NCBI RefSeq assembly: GCF_006345805.1
Contig: NC_043003.1
Location: 5,704,001 to 5,768,000, forward strand
Reading direction: 5' to 3'
Source: Octopus sinensis
Lineage: Eukaryota
Length of the DNA: 64,000 nt
Part shown: piece by piece, positions 38,835 through 52,593 of the stretch
Layout of the letters: each line of letters starts with the position of its first letter
How positions within the stretch are numbered: the stretch's first letter is position 1
Translations under genes and position numbers: made by a program
Notes under the pieces: generated by a model
The model's database searches: none
What the model was told of the DNA's origin: nothing
What the model saw: the letters and a program-made list of their open reading frames with translations, nothing else

Positions 38835-40500
38835 AATTTCGCCACACCTCTTGTTGTGATTTGTATGATACCCCTCATACTGATACTACGGAAAGTGACA
38901 GCGGAGTACACTTTGAAAAATAGAGAAAAATTGAATCATGTTATATACGGATGATTTAATGCTTTTTGGAGAGACCGAACGTGAAATAAAGGATCTAATT
39001 CCAACAGTGCCGATATTTAGTAAGGATATCAGAATGGAGTTTGGGACTAAAGAGTTTGGTATGCTTATAATACGAAGAGGCAACGCAGTGTTGTCTGATG
39101 ATGTAGAGCTACCCAATGTTGAGAAAATCAAGGATATTGAGATTAATGGATATAAATATCTGGGGATTTTCGAATACGACAAGGAAAGTGAAATGAAGGA
39201 GAATATCTCAGAAGAACCAAATTAATTATGGGAAGTAGACTCAATGGAAAAAAAGAAAATCGGGGCAATGAACATAGGGGTTGTTTCCTTAATGCGATTC
39301 GGTGTTTTTAGGTGGACGAAGAATGAGCTTGAGGAAATGGATAGGAAAACTAGAAAAGCGATGACACTTAACAAGGAACTCCACCCTAAAAGCGATACTG
39401 ACAGACTGTAGGTACCTAGAAAAAGGGGAGGAAGGGATTTATATAGGATGCAAGATCTGTGTTGTCAACGAGAAGAATAGTTTGGGATCGTACATCAGAC
39501 TCAATTCTTGCTTGTCGCTGATAGAATTAACAATACAATACCTACCGAAAATGTGATGCACCTAAAAATGAGACGAAGAAGAAAGAGCAAGCAAGTGGAA
39601 AATGAAACCACTGCATATACCTAAGAGAAATCGAAGAAAAAAGACAAGATCAACACTTGGAGATGACTAAGAAAAAGTGATCTAAAAGGATGTACTGAGG
39701 CATTGAGATGCAGCGCGCAAGAACGAGCCCTGAGAACTAATTACACCAAGTTCCAAATAGATAAGAGTAGCGAATCGCCCCTTTGTAGGATGTGTGGCTG
39801 CAAAAAAATAATCTCACATGTTGCGAGTGATTGCAACAAGCTGGCCCAAAAGCACAGCAAAAAGAGGCAGGTTAACGTGGCTAAGCTCGTCGACTGTGGT
39901 AAGTACGGCCTGAACAGAGCACGGACATGGTAGGAACATGGACCGAGAACAAGTAACATAAGATACTGTGGAATTATGCAGTCCAATGTGACTCCCTAAT
40001 CGAGGCTCGGAGACAAAATATTGTTATGGTAGATAAAAGAAAAACGAAAATCAAGATCATAGCTATTACAATACCTGGAGATGCACGCATAAGTGACAAA
40101 GAACTAGAAAAGATTGAAAAGTACAGATTACTAAAAGACGAAATTGCATAAATGTGGACTATGAGGAGAGTGTCTGTCATTCCAGTAGTTGTAGGGGGGA
40201 CTCGGTGCACTAACAACCAAGTTCGAGAAATATGTAAGAGAAATCGGAATTGACATCAGAGCAGTGCAAGTCCCCCAAAATTGCTCTGCTGGGGACAGCT
40301 ACGATTTTGAGATTGGTACATAGATGTTGAATGTCTTCCATGATAATAGAAGTATCAATATCTCCCACGATAAATAAAGCATCAAAGCTTATAATGTGCG
40401 GGAAAAGACCCAGTGAGACCTCTGCCAGATTCCAACAGAATCTACGAGAACAATCAAAACCAAAGTTTCTGAAAAATAAAACGATAATCATAATCGTCTA
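38835..40500 (+). mobile_element. Decayed R4/Dong-type retrotransposon, 3' ~1.6 kb (RT - CCHC finger - RLE - 3' UTR)
   Basis: CMIPLILILRK..LNH.LYTDDL.LFG..SKDIRMEFG (RT); MDRKTRK.MTLNKELHPKSD.DRL*VPRKRGGRG; LCRMCG..ISHVASDCNKLAQ (zinc finger); IPGDARISDKELEKIEKYRLLKDEIA*MWTMRRVSVIPVVVG..KIALLGTATILRLV (RLE). Several stops and frameshifts. Confidence 0.9.
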
Positions 40501-40993
40501 TAATTTCGTCTTTCAGTGTGATAGATTCATGTAAGATGGCGCTGCAGCAAACCATTGGAAAATGACCGTTCTATATAGTTTTATGTTGGTTGAAGCCATT
40601 GGAATGGAATTTGGAAGAAAAAAAACAGCGTGAATGTTGAAGATATCCACATCGTTTCTGTATATTTCTTATGAGACAGACCTGTTATATCGTCCTGTTT
40701 AACATAAACATTAATCCCGTTTGTCTCTTTAGCGGAGTCCACTCTGTTGCTAACAATATTAGATAGTATTAGATCCAGCAGCTCTCTGCTCTTCTTCCCA
40801 TGAGTTCTAGGGACCCAGGCAAGTCGCATGGCCACCACTTATTTTTTTCTTTCTGATTGTCAACTTGCATCAACACAACCGAAACTAAGTCATAAAATGT
40901 TTGAACAGGGAGAGCTGTTGCCTATTAGAACAAGGCTAGTATAAGTTTAGAGAGTATTTTGGTCACACCGGGATGGAGTAACTAGAAAGAAAA

Positions 40994-41202
40994 TAGCACG
41001 CCGGGCGAAATGCTTAGCAGTATTTCGTCTGGCAGTACGTTCTGAGTTCGAATTCCGCCGAGGTCGACTTTGCCTTTCATCCTTTCGGGGTCGATAAATT
41101 AAGTACCAGTTACGCACTGGGATCGATGTAATCGACTTAATGCCTTTGTCTGTCCTTGTTTGTCTCCTCTGTGTTTAGCCCCTTGTGGGTAGTAAAGAAA
41201 TA
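40994..41202 (+). mobile_element. SINE family B monomer
   Basis: Near-identical to the units at 9028-9580. Confidence 0.9.
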
Positions 41203-41596
41203 AGAAAATACATTTATACAATGAATATGTAGGCCGCAGAAACATTTGTTTCTTAATTTTTATTTATATTTTGCTAGTGACGTCAGAGTTCCGTTTTTAA
41301 GTAAATCCTATGTGCTCAAACCGTGCGGCACATTGGGTAAGTGTCTGCTGCCATTCGCTCGGATCAAGCTAAATTATGCGAGTGACATTTGATCATGTGT
41401 GAACATATGCTCTTTAAACGTACAGTATGTTATCCAATACGATTTTCATATAATCACGTAAAAAGAAAAATATCTGTGAATTAAACAAAGACAGGATGAT
41501 GAACATTAGAGAAAAATCTAGCTTCGTCTCTTATGACAATATCAATAACGAGGCTACACAACTGTAAGGAGATAACAGATTATAATATTTAGCTAA

Positions 41597-42062
41597 GCGC
41601 AATCGTACATTAAGCACAAAGGCCATGCGAAGAACTTCCTTTCTAATCCAGACAACAGATTAATCAATCTTGCGAAGAGTGACATCGGATTAGTTAGCAA
41701 ACAATTTCATATAACACCAAGGACTGAATTGAGAATGTCGTCAACTTCCGTCAATAGGACAATCGTAATACTGTAATCAGTTCATTTAAGACTCTTACTA
41801 ATAAAAGGGTTGCTTGTTCGCTCGGTTCAATATTGTAGAATCTTATCCATCAATCTGTACATTGTTAGTTACCGTTAATTCCAGCTCTGCTAAGGCATAT
41901 TGCATTGTTAATACAGTGATACAGAAATCATTATATATGAGAGGAAAGCCTTACTTTTCATTGAAAATACGACCTTGTTTAAAAAGATACTTCGGCGCTT
42001 CGTTCCGTATCAGTATGAGTCTTATAGACTGTACAGAGAGATGTGCTTTGGGTCACCATTTG
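41597..42062 (+). mobile_element. Penelope-like element reverse transcriptase remnant
   Basis: KGHAKNFLSNPDNRLINLAKSDIGLVSKQ (PLE motif KDHK.NF.N.P.CRLINPAKS.IG..SK), RFNIVESYPSI (FDIVEFYPSI) and FRISMSLIDCTERCAL (FDVTMGS.DGAEVCEL). Frameshifted. Confidence 0.75.
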
Positions 42063-42379
42063 CATCCAAGATCTACTGAGACTGTATGTGTGTGTGTGTG
42101 TGTGTGGAATTAGTGTGAGTGTATGAGTGCGTGCTTATGCATATGTTTGTCCCACACTAACGCTTGATAACCGGTGTTTGCGTTTAGGTCCCTGTAACAT
42201 AGCGGTTTGGTACAAAGAGAGAATAAAATAAGTGTCAGGCTTAAAAAATTAAAACAAGGGCCGGGGTCCATATGTTCGAGTGAACTTTTGCAGTAAGGCC
42301 GTAGTTTAAGAAGTAAAATAAGTAAAAAAGAGAAAGAATATATGTGGTAAAAGAGAGGGATAGCTATATAGATATATAA

Positions 42380-43281
<902 letters not shown>

Positions 43282-43965
43282 AACTGTTTAGCCAATCGCA
43301 TCATGTGAAAGATTACATTCTGAAAACGTCGAGCAAACATTAATCAGTAGCTCAACATATCCAGGAACACAAACACAGCTCATTGCGTAAGAGGTCACAC
43401 AAACGCTATGAAATTACGAAAGTTAACCATATTCTAATACAGGAAACGAAAGCTAACAGTTTGTGTGTATTAAGCAAAGATTTTAGAAACCCACCAATAG
43501 TTCCCAAATTATTGAAAGAAAAATAGAGAAAAAGTATCGTATTTTCGTACTTGCAAGTAACCAACCATTCGGTTTTAAGGTATTATCGGCAGGTGGACTA
43601 ACATACTAGGTTTAATATATATCTACCATTCATTAAAAGTAGACGATGTACAAAAAGTTTGTTTGGTTGAAGTGTTTTGTTTTTTTTTTTGCTTTTTTTT
43701 CATGGAAACTTAAACCTAACTGAGCTAAAAAAATGTTTTGCATTTCAATAAAATTTTCACAGCGAAACGTCGTTACAGGAAATTATTTATTGAAAGAATT
43801 TGAAAATACGCTGAGGTTAACCACCAAGCACGAAATATCACCAAAACAAAGACATGCGGTGCCTAAAATTCTTTGCCTTTAAAATCAGTCCCGCAACGCT
43901 AAAGCAATTAATTCTTTAAGTTGAGTTCAGTGCTATAATAAAATCCACAGACCGTGAAGAAACGG

Positions 43966-44545
43966 TATTTTTATTTCTAGTTTACAGCTCAGAGCTGCGG
44001 CCATGCTGATGCACCACCATTTTGTGCTACACTGTTGTTACTAGGAGCCTCCTCCAATATGTGGCACTTGGTGAAGAATGGAGTTTGATATAGTTACCCT
44101 CATTTGCACCTCTTGCCGTGAGGTAGGTTCATCTGGGACAAGAAGAGGTCCAGCTTTGACTTAAAAGCCCCTACATGTACTTTGTGCAAGTTCCCCAGAC
44201 TCTTTGGGAAAATATTAAAAAGCTGTGGGCCCTTGAAATCCAAGCTGTTGCAGTAACTCGTCCCGAAGCGTGATGGCATTGCTGGGATCTTTGGCACTAT
44301 GCGGTGTCGTCCCGTTCTGGCATTGGTGTAGCTTTCGATGACAAAATTTGGCACAATTCCTTCCAGGATCTTCCAGATATATATTATTACATGCCTCTCT
44401 CGTCTTCTCTCCAGGGAGTACAGTCCTAGCTGTTTCAACCTTTCCCAGTAGTTGAGCTGTTGGAAAGAGAGGATCTTCTTTGTGAATCTTCTTTGGATTG
44501 CTTCAAGGTCCGCTGTTAATTTCACACTGGTGGGGGAGCATTTCA
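43966..44545 (-). mobile_element. CR1/L2-group LINE 3' end (ORF2 C-terminus + 3' UTR)
   Basis: ORF 44100-44687: DLEAIQRRFTKKI..LNYWERLKQLGLYSLERRRER..IIYIWKILEG, the LE.VQRR.T..I..L.Y.ERL..L.L.SLE.RR motif of CR1-group LINEs. Its 3' tail is homologous to the SINE A tail. Confidence 0.85.
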
Positions 44546-45063
44546 GAACAGCAGAAAGTAATATCAAAGAACGCAGTTTCTTCAAGAATCGCAATTTGTT
44601 TGTAACTGAAAAGACAGCGGCGTTAACTGTTATATCCAGTGGAAAGAATGCGAACAAGAATTGGGAACTTAGGTAATTTTGCAACAATTTTGTTTTGAGA
44701 AATCACAAACAAGAAAATGCCTATTCAAATGTTGAGTATAACATTTTGTTTATCCTGTGCAGACGTACATAAGATTATAACTACTAAACAATTGGTGTCA
44801 TCCTAATATAGAACTGCGGAGATGGAGCAGCAACAAGGCTGCAGTTCATCGACTTGGGACGGTTAATAGAATATGGCAGCGCATTACTCTGAATTATATT
44901 CCATAATAGACACAGGAAAAGGATGAATGCCACTACGGTTATTCACCCCAGGCGCAGTTAAGTGCAAGCAATATAGATGCTGTGACATGATTTTAAAATA
45001 ATTTCACATCTAAAGTTGTCAGAATGATGTGCGTGCTTGCCTGTGTTTTAGTGCGTGTGTATT

Positions 45064-45103
<40 letters not shown>

Positions 45104-45235
45104 TGCGTGTGTGTATTTACGCAAATATGTATATAAATTGATAAATTCAGCACAAATTTGTTTCACAAAAATGCTCTTTAAATCATTCCGTGACCATTGA
45201 TAGACATTTTTAGGAAGGCACTTTCTGCGTATCTC

Positions 45236-45273
<38 letters not shown>

Positions 45274-46529
45274 TATATATACATATATACATACATTTTA
45301 TACACATAAATAAATGTACGTATGAATGTGCGTGTGTCTGTGTGCCTTAATGTGCATGCATGTGTGCACATATATCTTATATATACGTATGTATGAAAAT
45401 ATGTGTGTACACCTAAAGATAAGTGCTTTTGAATACAATAATTGAAAAAATTATTGACGGGGTATACACTCACATATATAAAGACGTATATGTGTAAGGG
45501 TATATATATATATATATGTGGTGTGTATGTGTGTGTGCGTGTGTATTCTTGTAATTAGGAAGAGAATTTTAAGTAAAGACGAGAAATTTGCTAACAAAAA
45601 TGATTGTTCATTAAAGCCATAACTACTTGATCTTCACCTTCTCAGATAATTTCATTCTAAAATATATTTCATTAAAAGTTTAACAAAAAAACTATTTGAC
45701 AAAAGCTGTAAATATTTTGAAATCTCTGCTAAAATGATAATATTTTCATGATTTCAGTCACAGTTCAGTAAGTTCCATTATGGAATATGTCAAATATAAC
45801 CAAAGAAATGCCAATGGTTCGCCAGTTCCATCGATGTAAAGTTTCATGTTTTTCTTTTACGCTTTTGTTTTATGATTGTATGTTTGTCAAACATCTTCAG
45901 GACCCTGCTTTACTTAGCGGAGTCAATTTTCTATTCTTTGGTATTTCTGTTACATATTCAGCTCTCAGAAGAAAGTGGCCACTCATCGAAAGAGCCTTTT
46001 TGTTGTCTGATATCACTCTAGAAATAGTAATTAAATCCCTTTCAAATCACATTTTATTGTCTTAGAAAAAAAAATGATAACATTGGAGTGATAGACGCCC
46101 TAGGCCTATAATAGTTATTTAAAAGGCGGAATGTTCACTACTGTAACAACTTTGATCATATATCTGATCAGTAAGGGTCCTCCTTGGTCTAAACCCTACC
46201 AACAACATCCTGGACATAGTAATCTGTATTTACATTTTGTCCCCCAATCGCTGGTAAATAAAAAGTACTAATAATATATATCGGAATGAATTTAATGGTC
46301 ATTCCACTTACCACTACAGGGGTGGATATGAATGACTTTAACCCGACATTACTTACTAAGATGGAGGCCATTCGAATTTTCTCCTATCTCTATTCAATCA
46401 CCAATATTCCTACCCAAATACCACGGTGGATTTAATAGATTTAACAACTATTTTGAGTGGATTTTATCAGCTTTACTCTTACCGCCCTAGTTAAGCGGGT
46501 GGGATTTATAAATGTTAGGTGACTATGTT

Positions 46530-46830
46530 GTACAACCACACAGAAACTCATATCCCAAATACAGTGAGCAGTACAACACTATGTTTGCGATGAAAGATAC
46601 TCGGTATACACAGGCAGTATGTCGCTTTCCTGGTGCAGTGCGGCGAAAGGTTAAGCAATAAAACACCCCAAAACAGTATCTGGTCAGGTAGAGTATATAT
46701 ACGAATAAAAAGATTGGAATGATCTCTGAAGGACATAGAGCAATACCGAAGCTTTGTTCTGGTGTCGGTGCGGAGAGAAAACTCATATAACATGTAGAGC
46801 AAGGAAGTGGAGCGATGATAAACTCACCTC
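46530..46830 (+). mobile_element. Possible decayed LINE ORF1 with degenerate zinc knuckle
   Basis: CRCGEKTHITC in ORF 46754 resembles a degraded CCHC knuckle. Weak support. Confidence 0.25.
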
Positions 46831-47192
46831 GGTATCAACAACACAAGTCGATGACCATGGAGCCTCTCCCCAAATTACAGTTAAGACTGTCATGCCATCA
46901 ACTTGCGGGCAATGGGCAGACGATTGGAGTATGGTTAGAGGAGGGAGTACAAAAGGAAACACATAAGGAATGAAATGATGGTGAATCGGTGAGGAGAGAT
47001 CAATTACCTCCCGAAGTAAGAAAACGATGACAAAGAAGCAACACTTTTGGAAAGCTTTGGAATCCTCCGTAGTGAGAAGAAGGTTTTTATATAAATTGGT
47101 TTTTCACATCCACAAACGCCATGTTCAGAACTCACTCAATTAGCCACTGACGTGTGTGTTTGTGTGTGGTGTGTGTATGTGTGTGTGCAATA

Positions 47193-47451
47193 CTTTTTAC
47201 TCTTTTTACTCTTTTACGCGTTTCAGTCATTTGACTGCGGCCATGCTGGAGCACCGCCTTTAGTCGAGCAAATCGACCCCTAGGACCTATTCTTTGTAAG
47301 CCTAGTACTTATTCTATCGGTATCTTTTGCCGAACCGCTAAGTTACGGGGACGTAAACACACTACCATCGGTGTCAAGCGATGTTGGGGGGAGGGACAAA
47401 CGCAGAGATACAAACACACACACAACATATATATATATATATATTATATAT

Positions 47452-47484
<33 letters not shown>

Positions 47485-47650
47485 CGAAGGGCTTCTTTTT
47501 CCGGTTTCCGTCTATCAAATCCACTTACAAGGCTTTGGTCGGCCCGGGGTTATAGTAGAAGACATTTGCCCAAGGTGCCACGCAGTGGGAATGAACCCGG
47601 AACTATGTGGTTGGTAAGCTAGCTACTTACCACACAGTCACTCATACACC
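47193..47650 (-). mobile_element. Full-length SINE family A
   Basis: Colinear with 25127-25524, with a longer internal TA tract. Confidence 0.9.
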
Positions 47651-47719
47651 TACACAAAGTTTGTATATAATTCTTTTACAAGAAGAGTGTTGATTGTGAC
47701 TTCAAAGTGTCGGCCTACA

Positions 47720-48130
47720 GGCCTTCGACCATCTGAAAGAATCGTTAGCGCGTAGAGTAAACTGGTTGGCGGGATGTCTTCTGGATCTCACATTCAGAAT
47801 TCGGGGTCGACTTCCCCTTTCATCCTTTCCGAGTTGGGAAAATAAGTACCAGTTGACCATTGGGGAGGTCGATATAATCAACTATACCACTCACTTGCTC
47901 CGAAACTGACGGGCTTGTGCCAACATTTGAGTCAAAGGTAGCTAGATCACAGAATCGTTAGAGCGTCGGAGAAAATGCGCAGCGGACATTTTTCCGGCTT
48001 GACATTCTAGCGAGGTCAAACACTGCTTTCATTCTTTCGAGTTACGTAAAAGAAGGTATTGCTTGAGTCCAGTGGTGCGTGTAACTGACTCACTCCATCC
48101 GTTGTAATTTCTGGCCCACTGCCAACATGC
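47720..48130 (+). mobile_element. Two adjacent old SINE family B-related copies
   Basis: agaatcgttag..g at 47734 and 47951, each followed by ggtc..c..tttcat.ctttc and a tg.caaca tail. Confidence 0.6.
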
Positions 48131-48169
48131 GAACAAATCATCGTCACAATTAACATTCTCCTCCTCCTC

Positions 48170-48410
48170 CTCATCATCATCATCGTCATCATCGTCGTCA
48201 TCATTACCGTCATCATCTTCATCATTACAAACATGGTCGTCATCATCACCACCATCATCATCATCATTACCGTCATCATCATCATCATCATTACAGTCAT
48301 CATCATTACAAACATCGTCGTCATCATCACCACCATCATCATCATCATTACCGTCATCATCATCATCATCATCACCGTCATCATCATTGCAAACATCGTC
48401 ATCATTATCA
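48170..48410. repeat. (ATC)n microsatellite with 81-bp higher-order period
   Basis: catt(a/g)caaacat at 48223, 48304 and 48385. Confidence 0.85.
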
Positions 48411-48561
48411 GCATTTATTTCAAAGAATATAACTTTAAAAAAAAACAGCAGAACAAATAAATGTTGTTGTTTTTTTTATTATTATTTCTCCTGTTTTGCT
48501 CATACCGGAAAGAATGTTTAAATGATACATATTAATGTATAGAAGTCGAGAAACAGCTGTG

Positions 48562-48601
<40 letters not shown>

Positions 48602-49194
48602 TGTGGGTGGGTGGGTGTGTGTGTGTGTGGGTGTGTATGTGTGTGTGTTTGTGTATGTGTGTGTGACTACCGTTGTAAAAGATAAGATAATCATTCTATT
48701 AGCAAGAACATATCATCATTATTTCTCTTACCATATTATTATTATTATTATTATCATTATTATTGTATATTAGAGAGATATAATGCTGAATTCAATCGTC
48801 ACCGACCGACAAATGCCTGACCCATTAACAGCAGTATTGTGGAGGAGAGGAGGCGTGGTTTATGTCGACACAAACGATAATCGATATAAAGATTATACGT
48901 TTGTTGTCATCAGATTACCAACTGTACAGATGTGGAGACAGCTAATATACACGGCATTCACAGATGAGTTGGTGTGTGTGTGTGCGTGTGTGTGTGTGCA
49001 GAGTGAGTGGGTGTCTGGGGTGGGTATGGAAAATGTTTATGTATGTGTGTGTGTGAGTGTCTGTGTGGATATATTTGAGTTTTATATTATCATTTCACTG
49101 TTGTAGATATGGATGTGTGTAAACATATGAAAATACACGTAAACACAGTCACACATATGTGTAAATGAATAAATATGCATGGATACACAGACAT

Positions 49195-49250
<56 letters not shown>

Positions 49251-51028
49251 GCCTACACGCACACATGTATATATACATGTACATAAATATAAATATGCAT
49301 ATAAAAATATGAATATATATATATGTATGTATATATATATACATACATATATATAAGTGTATATATATATATATACATAAATATAAATATGCATATAAAA
49401 ATATGAATATATATATATGTATGTATATATATATATACATACATATATATAAGTGTATATATATATAAGCGTATATATATGCATAAATATATATAAGTGT
49501 ATATATATATATAAGCGTATGTATATGCATACATGTACATACATACGTGCAAACATATGTGTGCGTGTGTGTACATTTGTGTGCATGTATGTATACGTTG
49601 TATACGTGTGGGTATATAATCTAAATACAATCCAACTGTAGATCATGATTATATCTCTGTATATACTCCAGTTATATTTCGTTATCTTTATTTTTTAATC
49701 CTTAATTATATTTATATATCAGCGTTTTTTTAATCCTTTCTTTTTATTTGTTTATATTTAATTTCTGTTTTTCTTGTGCAATTTGCTTTTTCCTGTCTTT
49801 TTTTCACCTTTTCACCCTTCTTCTCGTCCTTTTCTCGTTCACTTCTCTTAATTTCTCTTTTCCTGCCCCACCCCCCGCGCCCACGTTCTCGACCTATTTA
49901 TTTCCGATTCTACAATTCTAGCTCCTCACTTCTCCTTCCTCTCCGGTTTTTCCTCTTCGACCTTTATCATCATCAACATCATCATCATCACCACAATCAT
50001 GATTTCCAATAAAGTTAGCTTTCCACTCCCCCTCTCCCTTGTCACTGCTGTTATCATTTTCACTGCAAGGTATATATATATATATTTCCACATCTTAACC
50101 TTCCGCTACAAAAGTCGCTCTACGAAACACAACACACAACACACACACACACACACACATACCCGCACACAGGCACACACACATTCACAGAAACACACAC
50201 ACACACACTTCGTGCCACACTCCATACGAGACAGAGCAAACTGCTCTCCCCTCTCTTTCCATTCCTCACTACACACCCAGAGTCCACCCTTGACCCTCCT
50301 CAACGACGTCAAAGATGACAACACGAGTCAACAGACGATTCTCTACGGAATATTTGATTTGCTAGAAATCGTAGCCAAATATCCTTCAAATTACATCATT
50401 CTATTTTTTTAAAAATGGGGCAGGTTGGAATAACGGGGCGAGCTGGATTGACTACGGTTGGAATGTCTGTGATCATCGTTTGGCGCAGTCACAGAAGACC
50501 TGGGGTTAAACAACAAGAATAACACCACCATCATCACCGACAACAACAATAACAACAGCAACAAGTGTTACAGTTGTTTATGTTTTCACTTTTATCTTAA
50601 TGGTTTTCGTGGCTTTTATTTTTGTTGTGGTTGTTGTTGCTGTTGTTGTTCGTGTTGGTGGTGGTGGCGGTGGCGTTTCTATATTTTGTTTTTGTTGATG
50701 GAATCATTTTATTTGATCCGAGTTCCTCATCCAGTAGCTCTCTATAAAGACACGTGTGATTTACGGATTTTCGGCTATTTCTAGATGACGTATAAAGGGA
50801 GACTCTCGATGACCAATCGTGGACAACGGTCATTTCTTCCTACCCTTATTACCCCCTTTCCTCTACCTTTTTTCCTCCCGTTCTACTCTTTGATGTTAGT
50901 TTGTTCCCAACGGCAGCCATAATTGTCTACGTTGATGGAGGATTGCAAGAGAGGATATAATCTTGTTCCTTGTGGTTCTTGTTGCCATAGTAGCAGCAGC
51001 AACAGCAGTACCAGTAGCAATAGTAGTG

Positions 51029-51085
<57 letters not shown>

Positions 51086-51874
51086 TGTTCTTGGTGGTGG
51101 TGTTGTAGTTATTTTTGATTTCAATAGTCGTTATTCTCTCCTTGTTTCTCTCTCTCTCTCTCTCAATCTATCTCTTATTTTCTTTCTATCTTATCTCTTT
51201 CTTTCTTTCTTTCTATCTCACCCTCCTTCCTTCCTCCTCTTTCTTTCCCTCAATCCCTCCCTCTCTCTGATTATATGTCATTGGCCGTTGTGTTTCCAGG
51301 TTGGAAGAGAACTTATTAGCTGCAGATTAACAAAAAAATTAACCCGGCTTCATCTAATCAGTTCCAGCAAACGTCGGATAACGAAATCCAATTTGATTAG
51401 CTGTTTCTCGAAATACTCTGTCTGCATGGATTTCGGCTTCTCCATATCAGTATGTTTCTGTGTGTGTGTGTGTGTATGTGTGTGTGGGTGTGTGTGGGTG
51501 TGTATGTGTGTGTGTACGTGCTCATTTTCATGTGTGTATGTATATGTAGGCGTGTCTGTGACAATGTTTGTATTGACACCGCATTTATATATGAAAAAGG
51601 CCATGGTCTTTCGGCCCCTGTACGGAATTTGCTATTTGTGTATGTATATGTATATTTATGTATGCGTATATAAGAGTGTGTCTTTGAAGGAATTTCTATT
51701 ATTTGAAGACATTTTTGTGGTCAAAACCTGAAAACACGGTCAACGAGACTTATTTGACCTACCATGTATTGAGTCCTTCCGTCGAGTTAAAATATATTGT
51801 TTTTGTGGTTCTTCAGGGTATGTATATTCGTATGTGTATGCGTTTGTTTATAGATATATAAACATATACAAATA

Positions 51875-51910
<36 letters not shown>

Positions 51911-52133
51911 GAGAGAGAGAGACAGACAGAGAGACAGACAGAGGTTATGAGAGGTAATGGTGTCAATAAGACCCAAAGATGTCAGGCAATTCTGAGTAAG
52001 TGCTGTGGACAGACTAGTTAAGCGCCTTGTTCGGTGATTATGCGAATGAGGAGACAAACGTAGGTCATATATAAGCATGTGTATATATAAAAAAATCCAA
52101 GGCTGTGAAAGATTTTTTAACATTTATAAATAG

Positions 52134-52181
52134 GTCTTACAGCTGTTTCCAGGATATTTTTAATATCCCTTCATCGGAGAC
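52134..52181 (-). ncRNA. Minimal type-I hammerhead-like ribozyme (left arm)
   Basis: GUCU-CCGAUGA-A-GGGAUAU-uaaaa-AUAUCCU-G-GAAAC-AGCU-GUA-AGAC. Confidence 0.65.
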
Positions 52182-52544
52182 GGTGTGAGGTAATCCCTTT
52201 ATTATCTCTCTCGTTACTTTTATTTTTTCTTTTCTTTTTTTTTCTTTATTCCTCTTCCTGTTTTCGATTTGACCTTACAAATACATTCCCTACTTTTAAG
52301 TCACTTTATATAAACCCTCAATTCAATAGCACGGTACAAACTCTATACTTGGAATGACCAATTTTAAATGCTATTGGATTTTACTCACAAGGTACTAGAA
52401 TCTTATATGTATACCATTTTGCCTAAATAATGGATCTACAAATGCAATATCCCTGCATATCTCACATCTATTTTCATTCCTCCACCTCACTCTCTATTTC
52501 GTATCTTATCTAAATTAACCATTGTTTAACCATCCTCTCACACC

Positions 52545-52593
52545 GTCTCCGATGAAGGGATATAAAAAAATATCCCGGAAACAGCTGTAAGAC
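52545..52593 (+). ncRNA. Minimal type-I hammerhead-like ribozyme (right arm)
   Basis: Stem I GUCU/AGAC; core CCGAUGA 52549-52555; stem II GGGAUAU/AUAUCCC; GAAAC; palindromic AGCU loop; GUA triplet 52587-52589. Confidence 0.7.

Noticed and set aside
48783-48975. Protein-like ORF (PDPLTAVLWRRGGVVYVDTNDNRYKDY...)
   Set aside because: No recognisable motif, no good acceptor, and it runs into a TG repeat.
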